DNA of 64,000 nucleotides from an uncultured Clostridia bacterium (GTDB lineage Bacteria; Bacillota_I; Bacilli_A; RF39; UBA660), in the NCBI GenBank assembly GCA_945871105.1, contig CAMBUO010000004.1, forward strand, positions 2,131 to 66,130, written 5' to 3'. The notes beneath the pieces are model-generated. The model ran no database searches, was not told where the DNA came from, and worked only from the letters and a program-made list of their open reading frames with translations. This document shows, piece by piece, positions 52,453-62,600 of this stretch (position 1 is its first letter; every line of letters starts with the position of its first letter). The position numbers and the translations under genes were made by a program.

Positions 52453-53223
52453 TTAGTTATTAATCTCTTCTAAGTTATATTGTCTTTTTATATTATTATT
52501 AGTTATTCTAATAACTTCTTCTCGACTAATGTTTTTTATTAAACACAAGTTATCACATATTAAACTAATATTTTTAGGTTCATTTATCTCTTTTCTAATA
52601 GGTTCTGGGGTTAAATAAGGACTATCTGTTTCAAAAATAATATTAGAAAGGGGTATTTCTTTTAAAACATTTTTTAAATTAGTATTTTTAAAAGTAGATA
52701 CTCCACCTATTCCTAATAAATATCCTTCTTTAATATATGAATTAGCTACTTCTAAAGAACCTGAAAAGCAATGAATAGTAACTTTTAAATTATATTCTTT
52801 TAAAATATTATAAGTATCTAAATAAGCATCTCTTGAATGAATTACTACTGGTAAATTTAATTTTTGAGCTAAATCTAGTTGCAATTTAAAAACTCTTTTT
52901 TGATCTTCTTTATTAGTTTGATTATGATAATAATCTAAACCTATTTCACCTATTCCTATTATTTTAGGATTATTTTTAATAATATTTTCTAAATAATTAA
53001 TTGTATCATCTTGAAAATCATTTATTTCATCAGGATGAATTCCAATTGTTAAATAAACAGGATATTTATTTATTATTTCTAGACTTTCTTTAATACTTTT
53101 TAAATCACATGCTGAGATAATAAAATTATTGACTCCATTTTCTTTAGCTCTTTTTAATATTTCTTCTATATTATCATTTAAATCTAAATGAAAATGAGTA
53201 TCTGTTAAATAATTACTATTCAT
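52453..53223 (-). CDS. tatD: TatD family hydrolase
   Basis: DTHFHL, GIHP, GEIGLDY, IHSRDA, HCFSG, ETDSPYL. Confidence 0.94.
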   Translation of the reverse strand: MNSNYLTDTHFHLDLNDNIEEILKRAKENGVNNFIISACDLKSIKESLEIINKYPVYLTIGIHPDEINDFQDDTINYLENIIKNNPKIIGIGEIGLDYYHNQTNKEDQKRVFKLQLDLAQKLNLPVVIHSRDAYLDTYNILKEYNLKVTIHCFSGSLEVANSYIKEGYLLGIGGVSTFKNTNLKNVLKEIPLSNIIFETDSPYLTPEPIRKEINEPKNISLICDNLCLIKNISREEVIRITNNNIKRQYNLEEINN

Positions 53224-54751
53224 CTTTCTTTTCTACTCTCATGAAAATAGGTTTAAAGTCATTGATATGAATATTAGTTTCTAATTCACCAAATTCTTTA
53301 ATAGTGTCTAAATCTTTTTTACTCGTATTAAGTTGTCTTAATATTTCATTAGCTGTATCTGGTAAATAAGGTGTTAAAAGAATTGCCCCTATTCTAATAG
53401 ATTCTAATAAGTTATAAAGTACTGTTTTTAATTTATCTTTATTTTCTTCTTTAGCAAGTAACCATGGGGTTGTTTCATCTATATATTTATTACATCTTCT
53501 AAATATTTCAAAAATACTATCTAAAGCTTCTGGTATTTCTAATAATTCCATATATTTTTCTACTTTAGATTCTGTATTAATTACTAAATTAATTAAATCT
53601 TCATCATATTCTGTTTTGACTTCACTATTTTCAATGATTCCCTCAAAATATTTTGTTAACATTGATAAAGTACGATTAACTAGATTACCGACTGTATTAG
53701 CAAGATCGGTATTATAACGATTAATTAATAATTCTTCAGAGAATTGTCCATCTGAACCAAATGGTACTTCACGAAGTAAATAATATCGAATAGCATCTTT
53801 ACCATATTCATTTATATATTCTCGAGGATCACGATAATTACCTAAACTTTTGGATATTTTACCACCATTAATAACTAACCAACCATGACCAAATACTTGA
53901 TGTGGTAATGGTAAGTCTAAAGCCATTAATATACAAGGCCAGATAATAGTATGAAATCTAACTATTTCTTTTCCAACAATATGTAAATCTGCTGGCCAAT
54001 ACTTTTGAAATTTACTATCATCATTAGTTAAATAACCTAAAGCACTAATATAATTAGATAAGGCATCTATCCATACATAGACCACGTGTTTAGAATCAAA
54101 AGTTACAGGTATTCCCCAAGTAAAAGTTGTACGTGATACACATAAATCTTCTAAACCTGGTTTAATAAAATTATTAATCATTTCGTTTTTACGTGATACA
54201 GGTTGAATAAACTCAGGATGTGATTCAATATAGTCAACTAAACGATCTTGATATTTACTTAAACGAAAGAAATAAGCTTCTTCACTTGCTGGCTCAACAT
54301 CTCTCCCACAATCAGGACATTTACCATCAACTAATTGACTTTCAGTCCAAAATGATTCACATGGAGTACAATATAGTCCTTCATAAGAACCTTTATAAAT
54401 ATCTCCTTGATCATATAATTTCTTAAATATTTTTTGCACTACTTCAACATGATCTTCATCCGTTGTACGAATAAAACGATCATATTCTATCCCTAAAGAT
54501 TTCCATAAATCTTTAGCATTTTCTATAACTTCATCAACATATTCTTTTGGTGTTACTCCTTTTTCCTCAGCTTTTCTTTGAATTTTTAAACCATGCTCAT
54601 CGCTTCCTGTTAAAAAATAAACATCATATCCATGTAACTTCTTATAACGAGCAAGACTATCAGCAATTACTGTTGTATAACAATGACCTATATGAAAATT
54701 AGCTGATGGATAATATATAGGTGTTGTTATATAATATTTTTTATTTTCCAT
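53216..54751 (-). CDS. metG: Methionine--tRNA ligase (short form)
   Basis: TTPIYYPS, HIGH, KISKS, Zn knuckle; no C-terminal Trbp domain. Confidence 0.97.
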   Translation of the reverse strand: MENKKYYITTPIYYPSANFHIGHCYTTVIADSLARYKKLHGYDVYFLTGSDEHGLKIQRKAEEKGVTPKEYVDEVIENAKDLWKSLGIEYDRFIRTTDEDHVEVVQKIFKKLYDQGDIYKGSYEGLYCTPCESFWTESQLVDGKCPDCGRDVEPASEEAYFFRLSKYQDRLVDYIESHPEFIQPVSRKNEMINNFIKPGLEDLCVSRTTFTWGIPVTFDSKHVVYVWIDALSNYISALGYLTNDDSKFQKYWPADLHIVGKEIVRFHTIIWPCILMALDLPLPHQVFGHGWLVINGGKISKSLGNYRDPREYINEYGKDAIRYYLLREVPFGSDGQFSEELLINRYNTDLANTVGNLVNRTLSMLTKYFEGIIENSEVKTEYDEDLINLVINTESKVEKYMELLEIPEALDSIFEIFRRCNKYIDETTPWLLAKEENKDKLKTVLYNLLESIRIGAILLTPYLPDTANEILRQLNTSKKDLDTIKEFGELETNIHINDFKPIFMRVEKKDE

Positions 54752-54845
54752 AATTTCTCCTCCAATTTCTTATTTTTCTAATTTTAATTTTATTATTTAA
54801 TATTACACATCCGTTTAAACATATTTATCACTCCTTTTAAATATT

Positions 54846-55045
54846 AAAAAAAATCCTCATCCAAAGGACGAAGATTTCGTGGTACCACCTTATTTCACAT
54901 ATATAATATGCCTCACCTTATAACGTAGTTACCCGATTAATATTCTTAATAAGCTCCAAAACCATCTTCAATTAATTCCTTTAATTTCTCTCACCAACCG
55001 AAATCTCTCTGAAAATTTCTTAATTTACTCATTTCTTCATTGCTT
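54846..55045 (-). promoter_or_regulatory. Met-specific T-box riboswitch
   Basis: Minus strand AGTA, AGAGA and GGTTGGTGAGA stem-I motifs; specifier GAAG-ATG (54963-54965); T-box AAGGTGGTACCACG (54878-54891); terminator plus T-run. Confidence 0.92.
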
Positions 55046-55076
55046 TTATATGCCTATATTAACATATAATTTTTAA

Positions 55077-55598
55077 TTATTCAAGATAATTTTCTAAATA
55101 TAAACTCATTAATTGTAATAATTTCAAATCACTATTTTCTAAATTAGTATTAGATAATAAAATTAATAAACCAATCATATCTCCATTTACAATAATTGAT
55201 TTAATAGAATAAGATACCTTTATATCTGACATATTACTATTTAAACTTAAATTAACAGGAATTAATTCACTTACATCTTTTCTATTATCAACTATATTAG
55301 CTAGATAAGGACTTAATTCTAAATTAATATAATCTTTATAATCTTTCGTTGTTAAAACTATTTTATCTAAATTAGTAATTATAATATCTCGATCATAAAC
55401 ACTTTTAATAATATCAATTAAATTATTAATACTTTTATCATATTCATGAATATCTGAATATTTATTTAAAACAATATTATCATTTAAAACATTTATTTCT
55501 ACTTGTTCATTTTCTTTAATTTTTAAAGTCTTTCTTATCTCTTTTGGTATTACTACTCTTCCTAAATTATCAATTCTTCTTACAATACCACTTGTCAT
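55077..55598 (-). CDS. spoVT: Stage V sporulation protein T (AbrB-type N-terminus plus GAF-like C-terminus)
   Basis: GIVRRIDNLGRVVIPKEIRKTLKI, C-terminal IIVNGDMIGLL; near mfd. Confidence 0.82.
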   Translation of the reverse strand: MTSGIVRRIDNLGRVVIPKEIRKTLKIKENEQVEINVLNDNIVLNKYSDIHEYDKSINNLIDIIKSVYDRDIIITNLDKIVLTTKDYKDYINLELSPYLANIVDNRKDVSELIPVNLSLNSNMSDIKVSYSIKSIIVNGDMIGLLILLSNTNLENSDLKLLQLMSLYLENYLE

Positions 55599-55652
55599 TT
55601 GATCACCCAAAATTAGTATTGGTAAATCTTGTTAATTTATACAAAAAAAGAA

Positions 55653-56243
55653 TTAAACACCTATTGTATTCTTGTTTAATTCTAAATATTTTAAATAAGT
55701 TTCTTGAAAAGTATTAATTAAGATAATATCTCTATTACGAATAATATCTAATATTTTATTATTTAAATTTATTATAAAAATATTTTCTAAATAATCTTTT
55801 AATCTTTTTTGTTTAAATTTATCATTTATATCATTTAACAAAAGTTTTTCCAATTGTTTAATTTCTTGACTTGTAAATTCTTTTATTTGTTTTTCTAAAG
55901 AAAAATAGTTATCTTGAATATTATTTTTACATATTTCTAAATCATCATGAATAATAATAGTATTTTTTAAATCTAATTTTTTATTATCTAATAAATTCAT
56001 AAATTCAACGCGATATTGTTCAAAGAAACTAGATACTTTTTCTTCTATTAATTCTTGATTTAAGAAGCTTTCTTCAATATCTATAATTTTTTTAATAAGC
56101 ATTTCTTTGTTAGTATTAAGTAGATTATCAACTGTTAAGACAAGAACTTCTAAATTGTTATCAAGATCAAGATTTAGTTTATTTAAATAAATTTCTTTAT
56201 TTTTGATCTTTAATTGATCTTTTACATCTTCATTATCGTTCAT
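55653..56243 (-). CDS. Hypothetical helical protein
   Basis: 196-aa ORF with GAAAGGG RBS; no motif. Confidence 0.6.
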   Translation of the reverse strand: MNDNEDVKDQLKIKNKEIYLNKLNLDLDNNLEVLVLTVDNLLNTNKEMLIKKIIDIEESFLNQELIEEKVSSFFEQYRVEFMNLLDNKKLDLKNTIIIHDDLEICKNNIQDNYFSLEKQIKEFTSQEIKQLEKLLLNDINDKFKQKRLKDYLENIFIINLNNKILDIIRNRDIILINTFQETYLKYLELNKNTIGV

Positions 56244-56364
56244 ATTTAACCCTTTCTATTAATTACTACACGTTTAGGATAACAAATTTTTTTCCTATTG
56301 TCAAATATTGTCAAGATTAACTTTCAATTTATGTTATTAGAAATCAATTATTAGAAGAAAAGAA

Positions 56365-56610
56365 CTAGTTTTTGACTAATTCTTTACTATCTGTTTTAAA
56401 TAATAATCCTACATCTATTTCTAAAGCAACTGCAATATCATAGACAGTTTGAACAGAAAATGTATTGGCAACTTTCTCTGATTCTATTTGTCTTATATAA
56501 TCATGAGATAAGTCAGTTAATTCAGCTAATTTAGCTTGCGTTAAACCTTTTTCTTGTCTATATTTTTTTATGTTATGACGAATAACACTATAAATATCAA
56601 CATATTCCAT
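56365..56610 (-). CDS. XRE family HTH regulator
   Basis: IKKYRQEKGLTQAKLAELTDLSHDYIRQIES. Confidence 0.9.
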   Translation of the reverse strand: MEYVDIYSVIRHNIKKYRQEKGLTQAKLAELTDLSHDYIRQIESEKVANTFSVQTVYDIAVALEIDVGLLFKTDSKELVKN

Positions 56611-56650
56611 ATTTTACCACCAAAGTTATTATCTCATTTTCTATTATTAG

Positions 56651-56679
56651 TTATATGTGAGTTGATAACTCACATATAA
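56651..56679. promoter_or_regulatory. Perfect 13-bp inverted repeat, probable operator
   Basis: TTATATGTGAGTT-gat-AACTCACATATAA, 40 bp upstream of the XRE gene and abutting a + strand TGgTATAAT. Confidence 0.7.
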
Positions 56680-56869
56680 TGTGGTATAATGATTTCGAAA
56701 GAACTTATTGATTTTATATAAAAACCTTTTACCATGTTAATAAGTTTTTTCATATTATATATTAATTATTTGAAAATCCATATATTACCATTCAAATAGT
56801 TAATAAAATTGGGTTGTGATGAGTATAAAGTTTCATTACAACCCTTTTAATTTAACTATTTTAAAAATT

Positions 56870-57949
56870 TTATAGTTGTTCAATAAAGGTATCATATATT
56901 CTTATGTACCTATAAGTTATTCTATTAGTATCTTCTTTTTTTTCTTTTACAATTATATTTAACTCAACTAAACGATGCAAAATATTATTAATAGAATTAA
57001 TATGGGCTCCTAATTCCTCTACCATTTCTTGTGCAGTAAATACTATTTTTTTCATCATTAATGGATGCATTTTAAGTACCAAACTACCTTTAATTTCTTT
57101 TTTTATAATTTCTTCATCTTCATCATATACTTTATTAATTTTTTCAATTCTTCCTATATTTCTAGTACATTGATCTACTACACATTGTAAGAAAAACCTA
57201 ATAAATCCATCGACATTTCCACTTCTACATTCATTTAATGCATTATAGTAATTTGCTTTAAATAATTCTATTATCTCTGATAAAAATAATATTGGTTCAT
57301 CTTCTTTTAATTTTGCAAGTTGAAGAGTCATTAAAGCTCTACCCATTCTACCATTACCATCTTTATATGGATGAATTGATTCAAATTGGACATGTGATAT
57401 TGCAACTTTAATAAATGCTTCATCATCGTACATATCATTCATATAATCCATTAAATTATCTAATAATTCAGGAACTTCTTCTGGAATTGGTGGAACAAAT
57501 GTAGCTCCTTCTTTTCCAAGTCCTATTGGACCTATATAATTTTGAATAGAACGAATTTCACCTGGTGATTTATCTTTACCTCTAACACCAGATAGCAATA
57601 TTTTATGCATTGAATTAATCATAGAAATACTGAATTTTTTATCTTTCAATTTTTCATTCGCATATTCTAACATTTTCTTTAAATTTTTTACTTCTTGAAT
57701 ACTATCATTAGATTCTTTGTAATTCATATAATATATATCATCTTGAGATATTTGCGTTCCCTCAATTCTTGATGATCTAACACTTTCTCCTAATACTAAA
57801 GAATCTAAAAAATATTTTTGATCAAACTTAAACATTTTTAATAAAGACTTATATTGTCCATATTTATCGTTAGCTTTACCCAATAGTTTAATTGTTTCTT
57901 TATCAAGTTTATATTGTATCGGTAATAATTTAGCTTTATATGGTTCCAT
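56870..57949 (-). CDS. Fic family protein (class II-like, C-terminal HTH)
   Basis: HPYKDGNGRMGR catalytic motif, SSRIEG inhibitory motif, C-terminal winged-HTH-like segment. Confidence 0.92.
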   Translation of the reverse strand: MEPYKAKLLPIQYKLDKETIKLLGKANDKYGQYKSLLKMFKFDQKYFLDSLVLGESVRSSRIEGTQISQDDIYYMNYKESNDSIQEVKNLKKMLEYANEKLKDKKFSISMINSMHKILLSGVRGKDKSPGEIRSIQNYIGPIGLGKEGATFVPPIPEEVPELLDNLMDYMNDMYDDEAFIKVAISHVQFESIHPYKDGNGRMGRALMTLQLAKLKEDEPILFLSEIIELFKANYYNALNECRSGNVDGFIRFFLQCVVDQCTRNIGRIEKINKVYDEDEEIIKKEIKGSLVLKMHPLMMKKIVFTAQEMVEELGAHINSINNILHRLVELNIIVKEKKEDTNRITYRYIRIYDTFIEQL

Positions 57950-58010
57950 TTTTTCACCCTCCTATTATAATATATCATATTTTTAAAAAAATATACAATC
58001 AATCTCAAAT

Positions 58011-58200
58011 TAATGTATATTTTATACCTTTTTTACACATTTTTCAATCATATAATGTGTATTTTATACCTTTTTTACACATTTTTCAATCATATAATGT
58101 ATATTTTATACCATTTTTGCACATTTTTCAATCACATAATGTGTTTTTTATAACTTTTTTACACATTTTTTAACAAAATAATGTGTATTTTATATCATTT
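58011..58200. repeat. 42-bp tandem repeat array (four full copies plus a partial)
   Basis: TAATGT(A/G)TATTTTATACCTTTTTTACACATTTTTCAATCATA starting at 58011, 58053, 58095, 58137, 58179. Confidence 0.92.
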
Positions 58201-58262
58201 TCATACTATTTTACACAATATTTATTATTTCTATTACTACAATTATTTTTTTTAATATATTT

Positions 58263-59117
58263 CTACTTATTTTCTATTTTCTTAGTTTCATCGATATATT
58301 GATAACTCAATGCATTATCTTTCGTTACAACTGATTCTTTAAGTCTTACTTCTATATCTTTTCTTGTATTATTGGCAACTTGTCCACCTTGTTTAGCAAT
58401 TTTTCTATTTTCTTCAAGTCCAATAGGTTTGTACTTTTCTGCTAATTTTCGCGTTGTTAATTCACCAATATCAGCAAGTGCAACTTCTAATTCAGACATA
58501 TTATCTCTTAACGATTCTTTTCTTAAACCCTTATATTCTTTATATTCTTTAGCAGTCATTCCAGACCATTCTTTATAAATATCATTTGTTAAAATAGCAA
58601 ATTCAACTTCTTCTGTTACTCCGCCATTTTTCCAAGTATCAGTTAATTTTTTTCTATCTTGTATTCCTTTTATTCTTTTAATAATCCAATCTTCATCATA
58701 ACCCTTAGCTCTATACATATCTATAGCTCTTTGTACTGTTAACGATGGATCAAATACTTCATCTATTCTTTCCTTACCTAGTTTGGCTAACCATTGTTTT
58801 ATTGGTTCAGCATTTTTAGATGGAATAGCTTCAATTATTCTAAACATTCCTTCAATATCAGTTACATCCGTACTATAATATTTTCCATCAGATGCTTTTA
58901 ACTTAAGTTGGTTACAATTTGTAACCGACTCATTTCCCTCTCGTTTTAATCTATGTTTTAAAACTTTCCAATAATTTCTAGGATTCTCACTTTCCGATAA
59001 TACTCCAACTAAATCTACTATACTAATATAATATTTTTCTTCTTCTTTATCCCATACTGTTCTAATAGTTTCATTATTAAATATTTTATTTACTAAATGC
59101 ATTTTATCTTGATTCAT
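58263..59117 (-). CDS. Bro-N domain protein (antirepressor-like)
   Basis: FNNETIRTVWD...YWKVLKHRL...LKLKASDGK...IPSKNAEPIKQWLA...SLRDNMS. Confidence 0.85.
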   Translation of the reverse strand: MNQDKMHLVNKIFNNETIRTVWDKEEEKYYISIVDLVGVLSESENPRNYWKVLKHRLKREGNESVTNCNQLKLKASDGKYYSTDVTDIEGMFRIIEAIPSKNAEPIKQWLAKLGKERIDEVFDPSLTVQRAIDMYRAKGYDEDWIIKRIKGIQDRKKLTDTWKNGGVTEEVEFAILTNDIYKEWSGMTAKEYKEYKGLRKESLRDNMSELEVALADIGELTTRKLAEKYKPIGLEENRKIAKQGGQVANNTRKDIEVRLKESVVTKDNALSYQYIDETKKIENK

Positions 59118-59132
59118 AAAACCACTCCTTTC

Positions 59133-59468
59133 TTAATTATTTTCTTTTGAAGCTAAATATACTTTCATAATTGAAACGAATAAATCTTCTTTTTGGATAT
59201 TTGTTAATTCTTTACTTGCAAATAATAATTTTGCTTTTTCGATTAAATCCAAACAAGAATCCGTCGTTTCAGACATAACAAAATAAGACATATCTACTTG
59301 AAAGTATTCACATAGTTTCTCTAATTGTTTTAAGCTTAAATTTCTTCTTCCACTTTCTAAATTAGATATTTGACTCCTACTAAGTTCTAATACCTCAGCT
59401 AAATCATCTTGTTTTAATCCTCGTCTATTTCTTAATAATTTAACTTTATCTCCTAATTCTGAATACAT
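59133..59468 (-). CDS. XRE family HTH regulator
   Basis: LRNRRGLKQDDLAEVLELSRSQISNLESGRR. Confidence 0.9.
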   Translation of the reverse strand: MYSELGDKVKLLRNRRGLKQDDLAEVLELSRSQISNLESGRRNLSLKQLEKLCEYFQVDMSYFVMSETTDSCLDLIEKAKLLFASKELTNIQKEDLFVSIMKVYLASKENN

Positions 59469-59694
59469 ATCTTAATCACCTCATGAATATAGTATAACAA
59501 TAATATTTCAAATAGTAAATAATTTTATAAAAATGTTTCAATTAATTTAAATTAATAAAATTTATTTCTTTACTACTTTTTTAAATTTGATACCTGATAA
59601 TGTATCTAAAAATATTTTAAAACTATAAATTTATTAAATAAATAAAAAAGAATAGGTATTTTAACCTATCTTTAGAGAGTACTTTTTTTATTAA

Positions 59695-62600
59695 TTATTT
59701 AAATAAATCAATTAAATAATAGATAAAATGTTTTTCTAATCCTTTTAAAGTAAGAGTAACATGAAATCTTAAATTACTATAATTAAAACTAAAATTACGA
59801 CTTATTTTATAAGCTTTCATGAATAATTCTTCACCATTTATATTTTTAGAATGATCAATATCAAAAGTTAATTCTACTTTATCTTTTGTTTGGATAGATT
59901 TTTCAATTCCTATTGATTTAGCTAATTTTTCAAACCATTCTTCTAGCATATATATTTCTATTTCGGAATCTACTTTACCAAAACGATCTTCAAATTCTGA
60001 TTTTACTTTTATTAAAGTATCATAACTATCAATAGTGCTAATTAGTTTATGAATTTCAATTTTTAAATCACTATCCGTTGTATATTTATCAGAGATATGG
60101 GTTGTAACATTTAAAATTGGTTTCTCGTCTTTAATCTCTTCTTCAACAATAGTTTCGCCTTTTAAACGTTTAATTTCATCATTTAAGATTTTTAAATATA
60201 AATCAATTCCAATTGTATCCATAAAACCAGCTTGTTCTGAACCTAAGATATCTCCAGCTCCTCTTATTGATAAATCACGGTTAGCAATATGGTAACCACT
60301 ACCAAGTTCAGTAAATTCTTTTAAAACATTTAATCTTTTAATAGCAGCTTCACCAAGGACTTTATTTTCAGGATATAATAGATAAGCATAAGCTATTTTA
60401 TTACTTCTTCCTACTCTTCCCCTTATTTGATATAATTGAGAAAGACCAAAATGATCAGCATCATAAACAATTAAGGTATTAGCATTAGGAATATCTATTC
60501 CGGTTTCAATAATTGTTGAGCATAATAAAATATCATATTCATGATTAATAAATTTAATCATCCGATTTTCTAGTTCTACTTTCGTTAATTGTCCATGAGC
60601 AACAACAATTCTCGCCGTTGGTACTATTTTTTGAATTTCATTCATTTTATCTTCTATTTTTTCAACTCGGTTATAAAGAATAAATACTTGTCCATCGCGA
60701 AGCATTTCTTTAACAATTGCGTCTTTAATTATCTGTTCTTGTTCATATACAACATAAGTTTGAACTGGATAACGATTAACGGGAGGAGTTGTAATTACAG
60801 ATAAAGATCTAATACCGACAATTGACATTTGTAATGTTCTTGGAATTGGAGTGGCTGTTAAGGTTAGAACATCAACATTTGTTTTATATTGTTTTAATTT
60901 TTCTTTATGAGCTACACCAAATCTTTGTTCTTCATCAATAACTAATAAACCTAAATCTTTTGGTTTTATATCATTTCCTAGTAAACGATGGGTACCAATA
61001 ACAATATCAACAGTTCCATTACTTAATCCTTCAAGAATTTCTTTTATCTTTTTCGGGGTAGTGAAACGATTTAATAATTCTATTTTCACTGGAAAATTTT
61101 TAAATCTTTCTAAAGCACTGTTATATTGTTGACTAGATAAAATAGTTGTTGGACATAGATATAACACTTGTTTATTATCATATACAGCTTTAAACATAGC
61201 CCGAAAAGCTACTTCTGTTTTGCCAAATCCAACATCTCCACATAATAATCTATCCATTGGTTTGGATGATTCCATATCTTTTTTTATCTCTTCAAAAGCT
61301 TTTAATTGATCTAAAGTTGGAGTATACATAAATTCTTTATAAAATTCTTCATGATATTTCGTGTCTTTAGAGAAAGCAAAACCTTTTTTCATTTCTCTTT
61401 CAGCATATAATCTAATTAATTTATCAGCAATATCTCGAACTTTACTAATAATTCTTTGTTTATTCTTTTTCCATTCTAAACTACCTAAACCATTTATTTT
61501 AGGTAATATTCCTTCTTTACCAGAATACTTGCTAATTAATTCTATTTTTTCAACAGGAATATAAAGTTTATCATCATCTTTATATAAAACTTCTAAATAA
61601 TCTTTCTTTAAATCTCCAACATTTAAAGTTTTAATACCATTATAAATACCTATTCCATTAATACTATGAACAACATAATCTCCTACTTCTAATTTATTAA
61701 TATTATCAATTTTTGTAGCATATTTAAATTTCGTTTTATACTTTTTCTTAGTAGTATTTATATTAAATAAATCTTTATCCGTAATAATTATTTTATCTTC
61801 ATAACTAAAACCTTTTGGAAAGTCATATTGAATAATATTTAAAAGAATATCACTTAAATTATTAGTATCAGTTAATAAATAAGGTATATCTAAATATTTA
61901 GTAAAATTTTTAATTTGATAATCTTTTAAACAAATAATTATTTGTTTATTTAACTCTAAATTAGATTTTAAATAAGCATTTATACTATCTAAGTTTTCAT
62001 GAAATTTAGGTACACTTTTAATTTTAAAATCTATATAATTATTAAATTTATGATTAGGAATTAGATTATCAATACTTAAATAATGTATAACTTTATTGAT
62101 ATCTAATATATCTAGTGAAAACATATATTTTCCTTGATAATCATCTTGTTCTTGATAAGTTTTTATTTCCTCTTGCATTTTTAAATAATAATTATTTAAT
62201 TGAGGATAATCCTTGATAACTAAAATAGGATTATTTAAATAGTCTTCAATATTCTTGGTATCTTTTAAATAATCTGGTAAATATTTTTGTTTTCTTTTTG
62301 TTTCTTCTAAATTAGTATAATTAGTTAATAAAAATTCGGTATAAGGATTGATAACTACTTCGTTTAATTCTTGAATACTTTTTTGATTATCTTCATCAAA
62401 TTCGCGAATAGAATCTATTTCATCACCAAAGAATTCAATACGAATTGGATGATTAAAGGAAACTGGGAATATATCTATTATAAAGCCACGGACTCCTATT
62501 TCTCCGGTTGTTGTAACAATTGTTTCTCTTTTATAACCAATATCGTATAATTTATTAACTAATTTTTTTGGATCTATTTCATCACCTGTTTTTAAATTAA

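Noticed and set aside
43132-56315. Recurrent TGTCAAA in intergenic regions as Spo0A boxes
   Set aside because: One mismatch from TGTCGAA, often coincident with -35 elements, and expected by chance in such AT-rich DNA.
57940-58173. 77-aa + strand ORF with repeated NVYFIPFLHIFQS
   Set aside because: By-product of the 42-bp tandem array (length divisible by 3); no RBS, and it overlaps the Fic start.
58011-58200. Possible CRISPR array
   Set aside because: Units are contiguous with no unique spacers, and no cas genes are in the window.
55653-59468. Prophage or ICE call for the XRE/Bro-N/Fic block
   Set aside because: No integrase, relaxase, structural genes or att-like direct repeats could be identified.
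19467-61564. Short + strand ORFs at 19467, 21348, 21691, 37831, 41676, 45320, 49405, 54220, 58372, 60589 and 61361
   Set aside because: All are antisense shadows inside well-supported minus-strand genes, without RBS or motifs.
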